A stretch of DNA of 64,000 bases, taken from contig CAVSGM010000002.1 of the NCBI GenBank assembly GCA_963727485.1, forward strand, positions 1,312,001-1,376,000, in the 5' to 3' direction. The notes beneath the pieces are model-generated. The model saw only the letters and a program-made list of their open reading frames with translations, made no database searches and was not told where the DNA came from. The DNA is from an uncultured delta proteobacterium (GTDB lineage: Bacteria > Myxococcota > Myxococcia > SLRQ01). Position 1 is the stretch's first letter, and each line of letters opens with the position of its first letter. This document shows, piece by piece, positions 17,800 through 26,680 of the stretch. Position numbers and translations under genes: made by a program.

Positions 17800-18474
17800 A
17801 TGATCCGCACCCCGCCCCCCCACGCCCACGTCCCGCGCCGCGCCCGCGTCGCCCGGCGCCTTCGCGCGCCCGCCCTCGGCGTCCTCGCCGGCGCCCTGGT
17901 CGCCCTGGCCTTCGCCGGCTGCGGGAGCCTGGCGGTGGTCGGCGCCCACGACGGGAGCGGGAACGGCCAGGGGGGCGACGGAGGCGTGGCCGATGGCGGC
18001 GTGGCCGATGGCGGCGTCGCCGATGGCGGGGCCGCCGGGGACGGGGGCGTGATCCTCGACGGCGGCACCCACGATGGCGGCGCCCTCGGCGACGGGGGCG
18101 ACACCGACGGCGGCGGCAGCACCCTGCGGTGCCGCACCGACGCCGACTGCCCCACAGGCCAGCTCTGCCAGAGCCACTGCCCGGTCTGCGACACCGACGC
18201 CGGCCCCTGCCCCGGGACCCCCTGCTACCTGGCGTGCACCCCGCAACCGAACTGCGGCGACCTCACCTGCACCCCGGACCAGGTCTGCGTCATCGGCGAG
18301 GGCGGCGCGGTCCTCGGCGACGGCGGCGCCAACGTGACCTACACCTGCGAGAGCTACCCGGCCCAGTGCCAGACCGTGGCCGCGTGCGACTGCGTGGGCC
18401 GGGCCATCTGCGGGGTGGCGAGCCAGACCGACTGCTCCGGGACGATCCCGGTGGTCACCTGCCAGTACCCGTGA
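17800..18474 (+). CDS. Cys-rich putative lipoprotein with DGG low-complexity linker
   Basis: Lipobox-like FAGC; (DGGVA)n linker; many Cys in the C-terminal half (CRTDADCP.GQLC...), a type common in myxobacteria. Confidence 0.7.
   Translation: MIRTPPPHAHVPRRARVARRLRAPALGVLAGALVALAFAGCGSLAVVGAHDGSGNGQGGDGGVADGGVADGGVADGGAAGDGGVILDGGTHDGGALGDGGDTDGGGSTLRCRTDADCPTGQLCQSHCPVCDTDAGPCPGTPCYLACTPQPNCGDLTCTPDQVCVIGEGGAVLGDGGANVTYTCESYPAQCQTVAACDCVGRAICGVASQTDCSGTIPVVTCQYP
17986..18030 (+). repeat. 15-bp coding tandem repeat x3 (VADGG)
   Basis: GTGGCCGATGGCGGC x2 plus a variant third copy. Confidence 0.85.
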
Positions 18475-18541
18475 GGCCCGGGCCCCCGCGCGACCGGCTC
18501 CGGCGCGCGACCGGCGCGACCCTGCACCATCGGCCGCGTGG

Positions 18542-19033
18542 TCACCCGCGCTGCACCGCGATGTCGTGGACGCAGGTGTCGCAGATGGCGACCTTGGGCC
18601 CGGCGACGAGGCGGTGGACCTGGTCCCGGCCCCGGCCGCAGTAGCCGCAGCGGTCGGTGCGCGGCGGGCCATACCAGTCGACGTCCGGGGGCGGCGGCGG
18701 CGGCGCGGGCGGCGCCTCGGGGGTGGAGGACGCGGCGCCGAAGCGGGGGACGGCGGTGCCGTCGGTGGCCGGGCCGGTGACGCCGCCGGCCGCCGCGACC
18801 TCCGGCGGGTCGTCGGCGACGTCCTCGGCGTCCTCCCCGGAGAGCACCCGCAGGCACCGGTCGATGCACCGATCGCAGATGTGCCGCCCCGGCTCCCCGG
18901 CGAGCCACCCGGTCTCCTCGGGCCGCCGCCCGCAGAACACGCAGAGATCCCGCGCGGGCTCCAGGCGCCCGGGGCAGTCCGGGTAGTGGGGCCGGAAGAG
19001 GTGGGCCCCACAGTGCGGGCAGTCGAAGAGCAC
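18542..19033 (-). CDS. Stand-alone protein with two ClpX-type C4 zinc fingers (may start at 19145 across a frameshift)
   Basis: CVFCG...ICDRC and CGYCG...LVAGPKVAICDTCV; additional CPHC near the N-terminus. Confidence 0.75.
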   Translation of the reverse strand: MLFDCPHCGAHLFRPHYPDCPGRLEPARDLCVFCGRRPEETGWLAGEPGRHICDRCIDRCLRVLSGEDAEDVADDPPEVAAAGGVTGPATDGTAVPRFGAASSTPEAPPAPPPPPPDVDWYGPPRTDRCGYCGRGRDQVHRLVAGPKVAICDTCVHDIAVQRG

Positions 19034-19260
19034 GGGGCCGTCAGGGGGTCGGGTCGGCGAGGGCCTCGAGGCCGGCGGGGTGCGCCGGGAGCGGGGGCTC
19101 GATATCCAGCGGCGGCCGGGTGTAGGTGAGGGAGATGGGGAACATGCGCAGATCCCGGGGGCGGTCTGGAGCCAGCTTGGAGCGAAGCGGACCCGGCGGC
19201 AAGGACCAGGGGGTTCTCCCTGGGTGGAATCCGCAGTCTCCCCGGGGCCATGCTGTCCAG

Positions 19261-20085
19261 ATGACCTGGCAGGCCGAGCTCCACGCCACCCTCGAGGGCC
19301 TGGTCCACGAGCGGGTGGCGCGCCACAACGAGGCGGTGGCCCAGGGCCTCCCGGACACGACGATGCTGCTCGCCGAGGGGTTCACCGGGACCGAGCACGC
19401 CCCCTGGCTTCCGGGGGGGGAGTTCCGCGGCATCGGCGGCGGGGTGCCGGTGCCCTGGCGCCTCGACGGGCTCCTCGTCCTCCCGCGCAGCCCGGACGAG
19501 GGCGTGGTCGCCGCGCGGATGCACCTTTCCGCCGCCGGTCCCGACGCGCCGGCGACCGGGGCGCTCTTCCTCGGGACCTGGGTGCGCCAGCACGGCGCGT
19601 GGCGCCTCCTCCGGCACCGGGCGGAGCTGGCGCGCCTCACCGAGCCCGAGCCCGCCTGGGCGGCGCGCACCCGGGCGGAGTTGAGCGCCCTCATCCGCCG
19701 GTGGATCGAGGAGCAGACCCTCCTGTGGCAGACCGGCCGCCTGGACCCGGCGACGGTGAGCCGCCGCTACACCGCGAGCCTCGTCCCCGAGCAGTACGCC
19801 GAGTGGCACCCCGGCGGGGTGTGGCGCGGGACCGGCGCCGAGTGGGTCGCGTCCACGGTCGAGGAGGCCCGGAAGGTCGCGGGCCACGACTGGCGCTGGC
19901 GCCTCGAGGGCGAGCTCATGCTCCCCCGCAGCGACGACGAGGCGGCGGTCGCCTACCAGCTCGGCCTGGCCCACGGCCTCGACGCCGACGCCCCGCGCTC
20001 CCGGGGGATCTACCTGGAGACCTGGGTGCGCCAGGACGGGGGCTGGACCCTCCACCGGCACCTCGGCGAGCTCGCCTGGATTCTA
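19261..20085 (+). CDS. Tandem NTF2-like (SnoaL/DUF4440-type) domain protein; 3' end probably frameshifted
   Basis: Internal duplication TWVRQHGAWRLLRH / TWVRQDGGWTLHRH; an out-of-frame TAG sits at ~20083-20085. Confidence 0.6.
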
Positions 20086-20733
20086 GCGCCCGGGCTTGGC
20101 CGCCGGCTTCGGCGCCCGCTCTGGCCCCTTGGTCCGCCGCGCCGGGCGGCGCACCGGCGTCTCCTGGGCGCTCACCGCCTTCCAGGCCCCGTGGCGGTAC
20201 TGGAACACGTCGGTGAACACGGTCCGGTGCACCAGCCGACCGTGGGCGTCCCGGGCATCGACCCGGCCGTTGACCACCGCCACCGCGTCGCCCAGGAGGC
20301 GGATCTTCAGGGCGGAGAAGCCCCGGCGCAGCTTGGGGTCGGGGGGGTGCCGGGCGAACCAGGCGAGCTGCCCGGCCCGGTCGAGGAGGACGCCCGCGGC
20401 CACCGGGTGCACGAAGTCCGGGGCGAGGATCGGCGCCAGCTGCTTGACGGTGGTGGCGCGCAGCCACGCCGCCTCGAGGTGGAGCACCGCCCGGATCCGC
20501 GCGTGCTGGGCCGGGGTGACCCCGCGGCGCGTCGCGGCGCCGTGGGCCGGGGCCCTGGCGGGCGCCGGGGACTTCAGGGACGCGGCGCCGGCGTCGCCGG
20601 CGGCCTCGGCGGGCGGGGGGCCCCCGGCGAGGGCCGGGAGGGCGACGAGGAGGACGGCCCCGGTGACGGCGGCGCGCACGGCGGCGCGGAGGGTGGCAGG
20701 GGCGACGGCGCGGGCGGGGCGAGGTGAGCGCAT
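20083..20733 (-). CDS. Secreted DUF4440/NTF2-like protein
   Basis: Signal-like N-terminus; ILAPDFVH...FTDVF....GAWKAVSAQET. Confidence 0.8.
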   Translation of the reverse strand: MRSPRPARAVAPATLRAAVRAAVTGAVLLVALPALAGGPPPAEAAGDAGAASLKSPAPARAPAHGAATRRGVTPAQHARIRAVLHLEAAWLRATTVKQLAPILAPDFVHPVAAGVLLDRAGQLAWFARHPPDPKLRRGFSALKIRLLGDAVAVVNGRVDARDAHGRLVHRTVFTDVFQYRHGAWKAVSAQETPVRRPARRTKGPERAPKPAAKPGR

Positions 20734-20746
20734 GCCCTCCGTATCC

Positions 20747-22219
20747 CTAGCCGCCCGCCGGGCTCCAGGGCACCGAGACCACCCACAGCCCCGGCGGCAC
20801 CGCGGTCACCCGGCTCCCGGGCACCCGCCAGGCGTTCGGGCTCGCGGTGATCACCGCCCGGACCCCGTGGGCCTTCATCCACCCGGCCCGCGCCGCCCCG
20901 CCCGGGACGTCGTCGTCGTAGAAGTCCGGGCGGGCGTGGCCCATGTACACCGTCCCCGGCAGGTCGTAGGCGACGTAGGGCCCCACGTCGCTGACCACCG
21001 GGGCATCGCCGGCGATCCGGTGGGCCACCTTGGCGGCGGCGGCGAAGCGCCGGTGGCCCTCGAAGAGGTCGAGGCGCGCCGCGTGGAGCCGGCCCACCTG
21101 GAAGCCGTAGCCGGCGCACACCCCGGCGGCGACCCAGGCCAAAGCCAGCGCCCCCCGCCGGCGCCCCACCCGCTCCCCGAGCTCGCCGAGGCCCAGGGCG
21201 AGGACGAGGGCCGCCAGCGGGATCACCACGTCGATGAACCGCTCGTAGCGGTAGAACCAGAAGGCGTGGAGCGCCGCGTAGCCGGTGAACCCGAGGGCCA
21301 CCGTGCGCCGCCACCCCCGGGCGGTCAGCGCCAGCACCAGCCCCGTCAGCCACAGCACCTCCACCCCGAACTGCGCCGCCTGGAGCGCCGGGGGCATGAA
21401 CGCCCGGTAGAGGCGCCACTGGGCGATCTCCTCGAGGGTCGGGTGGTAGGGCCCCTCGACGAGGGTGCGGAAGGTGAGCGGCCAGTCGATCTCGTGGAGG
21501 TGTCGGCCGAGGACCCCGAGGTAGCCCACCGTGTGGTCCGAAGGCGGGAGGTGGGCGTGGAGCCAGAGGCGGTGGGCGCCCTCGGGGAGGAGCACCAGCG
21601 CCACCCCGGCGGCGACGAGGCCCCACCGCCCCCGGAGCCGCGGCCAGGCGACGGCCAGCACCACCGGGGCCACGAGCCACCCCTCCACCCGGGTGAAGGC
21701 CGAAAGCCCCGCGAGGGCCGCGGCGGCGAGCCCCAGCCACGCCGCCCCCCGGGCCCGGAAGCCGAAGGCGAGGTCCACCGCCCACAACGCGCAGGCGGCG
21801 AGGAGCACCTCGGCCATGGGGATCGCGTGCCACTGGAGCCACACCGGGTCGAGGACCGTCAGGGCGAAGGCCAAAAGGCGCCAGGACGCCTCGAGCTCCA
21901 GGCGCCCGAGCAGCCGCCACACCGCCCACGCCGCGAGCGCCTGGGCCACCGCGTTGCCCACGATCCACCCGTGGGGACCGAAGAGGGCGAGGAACGGCGC
22001 CAGCCACACCGCGTACCCCGAGGAGAAGATCCGGTCGTAGCCGCCGTTCCAGGTGAGGTGGAGCCCGAGGCCCCGGGCGAGCTGCCGCGCCTTCACCAGG
22101 TAGAAGTAGCTGTCGATGGTGAAGGTGCGGGTGTGGGCGCCGTTGAACGCCAGCACCGCGACGCTCGCCCCGGTGAGCGCCGCCGCCGAGACCGGCCCGA
22201 GCCATCGTCCCCTCGCCAT
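20747..22219 (-). CDS. Polytopic membrane protein, GT-C glycosyltransferase-like
   Basis: DSYFYL..ARQLA.G.G loop, MAE, TR.EG and ERF motifs; about 10 hydrophobic segments. Confidence 0.65.
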   Translation of the reverse strand: MARGRWLGPVSAAALTGASVAVLAFNGAHTRTFTIDSYFYLVKARQLARGLGLHLTWNGGYDRIFSSGYAVWLAPFLALFGPHGWIVGNAVAQALAAWAVWRLLGRLELEASWRLLAFALTVLDPVWLQWHAIPMAEVLLAACALWAVDLAFGFRARGAAWLGLAAAALAGLSAFTRVEGWLVAPVVLAVAWPRLRGRWGLVAAGVALVLLPEGAHRLWLHAHLPPSDHTVGYLGVLGRHLHEIDWPLTFRTLVEGPYHPTLEEIAQWRLYRAFMPPALQAAQFGVEVLWLTGLVLALTARGWRRTVALGFTGYAALHAFWFYRYERFIDVVIPLAALVLALGLGELGERVGRRRGALALAWVAAGVCAGYGFQVGRLHAARLDLFEGHRRFAAAAKVAHRIAGDAPVVSDVGPYVAYDLPGTVYMGHARPDFYDDDVPGGAARAGWMKAHGVRAVITASPNAWRVPGSRVTAVPPGLWVVSVPWSPAGG

Positions 22220-22267
22220 CCCCTGACCGCTACCGCGCCGCGGCCCGGGGGCACAAGCGCCCGGACG

Positions 22268-22302
22268 AAAAACGCCCCCGAGGCCCGAAGGCCCCAGGGG
22301 CG
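22268..22302 (-). terminator. Rho-independent terminator after the RpoH-like sigma gene
   Basis: Minus strand CGCCCCTGGGGCC-TTCG-GGCCTCGGGGGCG followed by TTTTT. Confidence 0.8.
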
Positions 22303-22327
22303 CACCCACTCACTTCAGGAAAGGGAA

Positions 22328-23212
22328 TCAGGCGCAGCCGAGGCAGACCGAGGGCTCGCCGGCGGTCATCGGCTGGTGGTCCTCGAGGTCGGCGAGCTCG
22401 TCCCGGAGCTTGCGCAGGGCCTCGCGCTCGATCTGGCGGACCCGCTCGCGCGAGAGGTGGAGGTCCTCGCCAATCTGCCACAGGTAGCGCGGCTCGTCGG
22501 TGAGCAGCCGGTTCTCCACCACGAAGCGCTGGCGCTCGTTGAGGCGCTCGATGGCGGCGTAGATCCGCTCGGCGAGCTCGTCGTGGCTCTCGGCCCACTC
22601 CACCGCCCGGGCCGGCGAGGGGGTCCCGTCGGAGACGAAGTCCACCAGCCGGTCGAACTCCTCGTCGCCGACGGTGACGTCGAGGCTGGAGTCCTGGGAG
22701 CTGATCCGCGGCATCACGCTCGCCAGGTCCTTGGTGGAGACCCCGAGGCGCTCGGAGAGCAGGGTGAGCTCGTCGGTGTCGTCGGTGAGCCCCTCGCGGC
22801 GCAGGTCGCGCCTCGCCTTGGCCAGCCCGAAGAAGACCTTGCGGTCGGCGCGGCGGGTCCCGAGGCGCACCAGGCTCCAGGAGCGGAGGATGAAGGCGTG
22901 GATGTAGGCGCGGATCCACCACACCGCGTAGGTCGTCAGCCGGACCCCGCGGTCGGGGTCGAACTTCTCCACCGCGCGGATGAGGCCCATGTTCCCCTCC
23001 TGCACCAGGTCGGCGAAGGAGAGGCGGTAGCGCAGGTACTCCCGGGCGACCTTCACCACGAAGCGCAGGTTGGCGGTCACCAGGCGGTGGCCGGCGACGG
23101 CGTCCTGCTCATCGCGGAACCGGTAGGCCAGCGCCCGCTCGTCCTCGGGCGAGAGCAGCGGGTAGTGGCCGATCTGGCTCAGGTAGGTATCGAATCCGGC
23201 TTCGGCGGACAT
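22328..23212 (-). CDS. Sigma70-family sigma factor, RpoH/sigma32-like (myxobacterial SigB/C/E type)
   Basis: LVTANLRFVVK, DLVQEGNMGL..AV.KFDP.RG.RL.TYA.WWIRA.I..FILRSWSLV; variant RpoH box DRKVFFGL; SRERVRQIE. Confidence 0.9.
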   Translation of the reverse strand: MSAEAGFDTYLSQIGHYPLLSPEDERALAYRFRDEQDAVAGHRLVTANLRFVVKVAREYLRYRLSFADLVQEGNMGLIRAVEKFDPDRGVRLTTYAVWWIRAYIHAFILRSWSLVRLGTRRADRKVFFGLAKARRDLRREGLTDDTDELTLLSERLGVSTKDLASVMPRISSQDSSLDVTVGDEEFDRLVDFVSDGTPSPARAVEWAESHDELAERIYAAIERLNERQRFVVENRLLTDEPRYLWQIGEDLHLSRERVRQIEREALRKLRDELADLEDHQPMTAGEPSVCLGCA

Positions 23213-23235
23213 CGTTGGTCTCCTTGACGGGGGCG

Positions 23236-23619
23236 CTAGTGCAGCGTCCGGGCGCCATTCAGGCTTTCGACCAGGTCGTCATAGGGAAGGGGCTTGACGA
23301 ACCACTGCCGGGGGTGGACCCCGAAGGCCTCGAGGGCCGAGGTCAGGGTCCGGCCAGGGGTCACGGAGTAGAGCTGGGCCGCCGGGAAGCGGGACCGGAC
23401 CTCATCGAGGAGGTGGAGGAGCCAGGGCTCGATCTCCCGGTGCACCGAGACCACCACGTCGAGGTCATCGAGGCCCTCGAGGCTGGCGCCGTCGGCGCCC
23501 ACCGCCTGCACCTCGAACCCGTCGCCCTCGAGGAGGGAGGCCAGGGCGCTGCGCGCCGCCGGGTCCCCGTCGAGGACCAGGACCCGGCGCCGGGGGAAGT
23601 CTGGATGGGAGACGATCAC
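23236..23619 (-). CDS. Stand-alone pseudo-receiver (REC-like) protein
   Basis: RVLVLDGDP..R..L..LLE.DGFEV...FVKP; no Asp at the end of beta3 (DVVVSVH). Confidence 0.6.
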   Translation of the reverse strand: MIVSHPDFPRRRVLVLDGDPAARSALASLLEGDGFEVQAVGADGASLEGLDDLDVVVSVHREIEPWLLHLLDEVRSRFPAAQLYSVTPGRTLTSALEAFGVHPRQWFVKPLPYDDLVESLNGARTLH

Positions 23620-23632
23620 GCTGGGGGAAGCA

Positions 23633-23647
23633 GCAACCCTCATGCCA
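23633..23647 (-). promoter_or_regulatory. Putative sigma54 promoter (pseudo-receiver + sigma factor)
   Basis: Minus strand TGGCATGAGGGTTGC, near consensus. Confidence 0.75.
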
Positions 23648-23724
23648 GCGGCGGAGGCGTCCGGGATCATTGGGGTCGGGTCCTGGGGCGGTCCCTGGGG
23701 GCCCATCCGGATCCCGGTCGTGGA

Positions 23725-23777
23725 CGCAATCGGTGCGCCTCGCGCCAGAGCTGCCTGCACCGGGTGCACCCAATGCG
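23725..23777. promoter_or_regulatory. Cluster of (C/T)GCA-N5-TGC(G/A) sites between divergent sigma54 promoters
   Basis: CGCAATCGGTGCG 23725-23737; TGCACCGGGTGCA 23756-23768; TGCACCCAATGCG 23765-23777. Confidence 0.6.
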
Positions 23778-23830
23778 GCCTGGGGCCCGAAAATCCCCCG
23801 GTTTCCGCGGGCGGTGTCCAGGCCTGGGTC

Positions 23831-23846
23831 CGGCATGGGGTCTGCA
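23831..23846 (+). promoter_or_regulatory. Putative sigma54 promoter of the CBS genes
   Basis: CGGCATGGGGTCTGCA (GG-N10-GC). Confidence 0.6.
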
Positions 23847-23937
23847 GATCCTGCCGGCGGGGGGCTGGCCCGCGGGACCGGCGCGCCGGATGGGTGCGTC
23901 CGGGGCGGGCGTGGCGGCGCCCCGAAGGAGAGCCGCC

Positions 23938-24754
23938 ATGCTGGTCCGCGACGCGATGAACCGCGGGGTGATGACCATCCGCGAGGACGAGCCCTTCTCG
24001 CTCGCAGTGCAGATGATGCTCTGGGCCGGGGTGCGCCACCTCCCGGTGATGCGCGAGGGCAAGGTGGTGGGCCTGGTGAGCGAGCGGGACATCCTCCGCT
24101 TCCGCGCCGACCAGCCCGCGGACAGGCCCGCTGGAGCGCCCGGTGAGCGAGGCGATGGTGGCCCCGGTGGCCTGGGCGGACCCCGAGGAGGACCTCACCG
24201 AGGCGGTGGCCCGCTTCGCCGACTCGAAGGTCGGCTGCCTGCCCGTCCTCTCCAAGGGCGACCTGGTCGGCATCCTCTCGATCATCGACGTCCTGGCGCA
24301 CCAGGTGCGGACCGCCCTGGGCGAGGGCGCCGAGATCGGCCCCCGGGTCCAGGACCTGATGACCCCCGAGCCCCTCACCGTCCGCGCCGACGACTACCTC
24401 CTCGACGCCGCCGCGCGGATGAGCCAGGCGGGCATCCGCCACCTGCCGGTGATCGACGGCGACGGAAGGCTCCTGGGCATGCTCGGCGACCGGGAGGTCC
24501 GCGTCGCCGTGGGCAACCCCCAGCGCTTCCTCGACGAGAAGGCGACCCAGGTGAAGATCCAGTCCATGCGGGTGCGCGACGCCATGGTCCGCCAGCCGCT
24601 CAAGGTGAACCCCGACTCGCCCCTCTCGCTCCTGCTCACCGCCTTCACCGACTGGCGCATCGGCGCCCTCCCGGTGGTCGACGCCGAGGATCGCCTCCAG
24701 GGCATCGTCTCCTACGTGGACGTTCTCCGGGTGCTCCGGGAGCGGATGGGCTAG
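23938..24754 (+). CDS. Four-CBS-domain protein (frameshift ~24110-24140)
   Basis: MLWAGVRHLPV...GLVSERD; VGCLPV; GIRHLPVID; DWRIGALPVVD. Confidence 0.85.
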
Positions 24755-24767
24755 GCTTGCCGCCGCG

Positions 24768-25187
24768 ATGAACGGACCGACGATCCGCCAGTGGATGACC
24801 GCAGCCCCGGTGACCATCGACCGGGACGACACCCTGGAGACCGCCCACCGCCTCATGCGCCGGTGGGCCATCCGGCACCTGCCGGTGGTCGACGGGGATC
24901 AGCTGGTGGGCATCGTCTCCGACCGGGACCTCTCCATCGTCGAGACCCTCTCCAGCGTCGACCCCCAGACCGAGAACATCGAGGAGGCCATGACCTCGGC
25001 GCCCTACACGGTGCACCCGGACGCCCCGGTGGCCGAGGTGGCGCGGGAGATGGCACGGACCCGGTACGGGAGCGCGGTGGTGGTGGAGAACGGGCAGATC
25101 CTGGGCATCTTCACCACCATCGACGCGCTCAACTGTCTCGCCGAGCTCCTGGGGGCGCCGAAGCAGCCGGCGCCGCAGCTCGCGTGA
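24768..25187 (+). CDS. CBS-pair protein
   Basis: IRHLPVVDG..LVGIVSDRD...GIFTT.DAL. Confidence 0.9.
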   Translation: MNGPTIRQWMTAAPVTIDRDDTLETAHRLMRRWAIRHLPVVDGDQLVGIVSDRDLSIVETLSSVDPQTENIEEAMTSAPYTVHPDAPVAEVAREMARTRYGSAVVVENGQILGIFTTIDALNCLAELLGAPKQPAPQLA

Positions 25188-25446
25188 GCGCCGCCGGGGA
25201 CGCCGCGGCACAGCCTGCCGGGTACGACGCCTCCCCGGCGCGTCTCGTTGCACCCCCCCTCGCCCTCGGAGACGGGCTGTGGGCCTGGAACCACGCTGCG
25301 CTGCGCGAAGCCTGTGCAGAAACGGCCCCGGGCGGGGCAAAATGGGGCGATGCGCCCCGCATGCCGGGGCACGGGTCAGAATGACCCAGGCGGGCGCCAG
25401 GGCCGATCCACCTGGATCCGGGCGGTTGGCCCGACCCCCGGAGATC

Positions 25447-25462
25447 TGGCATCCCCTTCGCA
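25447..25462 (+). promoter_or_regulatory. Putative sigma54 promoter of a small ORF
   Basis: TGGCATCCCCTTCGCA (GG-N10-GC). Confidence 0.5.
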
Positions 25463-25507
25463 GAAGCTCCCCCTGCCCGGCGGACGGGCCCTATCGAGGA
25501 GGAGCCG

Positions 25508-25639
25508 ATGCAGACCAAGACGCGCAAGGAGCTGGTGGCCGTTCCCTTTGGCGTGGAGATGTGGTCCCTTTACGCCATGAGCCTCTTCGGGGCCCCACCG
25601 CCCCGGACCCTGCCCCCGCCAAGGCACCGCAGCCGCTGA
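25508..25639 (+). CDS. Small ORF, 43 aa (MQTKTRKELVAVPFGVEMWSLYAMSLFGAPPPRTLPPPRHRSR)
   Basis: Strong GAGGAGGAG RBS and a sigma54-like promoter directly upstream; too short for the ORF track. Confidence 0.45.
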   Translation: MQTKTRKELVAVPFGVEMWSLYAMSLFGAPPPRTLPPPRHRSR

Positions 25640-25705
25640 CCCTTCCCCCGTCTTCCCCCCGGCCCCGCCCGGGGTCCCCTCCAACCCCCCGGGTCCTCGA
25701 CGACC

Positions 25706-26512
25706 GTGTGTGAGCTCCTGGGCATGAGCGCCCGCCACCCCACCTGGGTGAAGGGCAGCTTCTCCGAGCTCGCCGCCCATGGCGGCGGCACCGGCCACCA
25801 CGCCGACGGCTGGGGGCTCGCGGCCTACGAAGGGCTCGACGCGCGCCTGGTCCGCGAGGCCGCCCCCGCCGCCCACTCCGCCTGCGCCCGGCTGCTGGCC
25901 TCCGGCGACCTCCACAGCCCCCTGGTGCTGGCCCACGTCCGCCGGGCCACCCGCGGCGCCCTGACCCTCGCCAACACCCAGCCCTTCTCCCGGCAGCTCG
26001 GGGGGCGGGTGCACCTGTTCGCCCACAACGGCGATCTCCCGGGCATCGCCGACGACCCCTGGTTCGCCCCGGGGTTCCACCGGCCCGTGGGGGACACCGA
26101 CTCCGAGGTCGCCTTCTGCGCCCTGCTCCGGCGCCTCGAGGGCCTCTATGCCGACGCGCCGTCGCCGGCGCCCGCCCGGCGCCTGGCCCTGGTCGCCGAG
26201 CTCGCCGAGCGCCTCCGGCCCCTGGGCCCCGCGAACTTCCTCTACGCCGACGGCGAGTACCTCTTCGCCCACGGCCACCGGCGCCACCAGGCCGACGGCA
26301 CCATCCGCGCCCCCGGGCTCCACCTCCTCCAGCGACACTGCCGCGCCGGCGGGCACCTGGCCCTCGAGGGCCTCTCGCTCGCCGCCGGCGACGCCGAGCA
26401 GGCGGTGTCCCTGGTGGCCTCGGTGCCCCTCTCCGAGGGCGAGGCCTGGCGGCCGCTGGCCGAGGGCGAGGTGGTGGCGCTTTGGGCCGGCGAGGTCGTC
26501 GACCTCGGCTGA
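25706..26512 (+). CDS. Class II glutamine amidotransferase (Ntn hydrolase; YafJ/EgtC-like)
   Basis: N-terminal Cys (MCELLGMS), H.DGWG, AHVRRAT, NTQPF, FAHNG, GDTDSE. Confidence 0.9.
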   Translation: MCELLGMSARHPTWVKGSFSELAAHGGGTGHHADGWGLAAYEGLDARLVREAAPAAHSACARLLASGDLHSPLVLAHVRRATRGALTLANTQPFSRQLGGRVHLFAHNGDLPGIADDPWFAPGFHRPVGDTDSEVAFCALLRRLEGLYADAPSPAPARRLALVAELAERLRPLGPANFLYADGEYLFAHGHRRHQADGTIRAPGLHLLQRHCRAGGHLALEGLSLAAGDAEQAVSLVASVPLSEGEAWRPLAEGEVVALWAGEVVDLG

Positions 26513-26553
26513 CGCCGGCCCGCGGCACCCCCCGGAGGGCGTTGCACGGTTGA

Positions 26554-26653
26554 CGCAAAACCCGCGCAACCGGCTCGCGGGATCGGCCGCCGCTGCGCCG
26601 CGAAGGGGAAATGTCGCCTGTTTTCAGCGCCTCAGGACGGCACGAAGGTTGCT
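26554..26653 (+). promoter_or_regulatory. UAS-like site plus sigma54 promoter of the third CBS gene
   Basis: CGCAAAACCCGCG at 26554-26566; CGGCACGAAGGTTGCT at 26638-26653. Confidence 0.7.
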
Positions 26654-26680
26654 GTGTTCTGGCGCACAGGAGGACACGCC

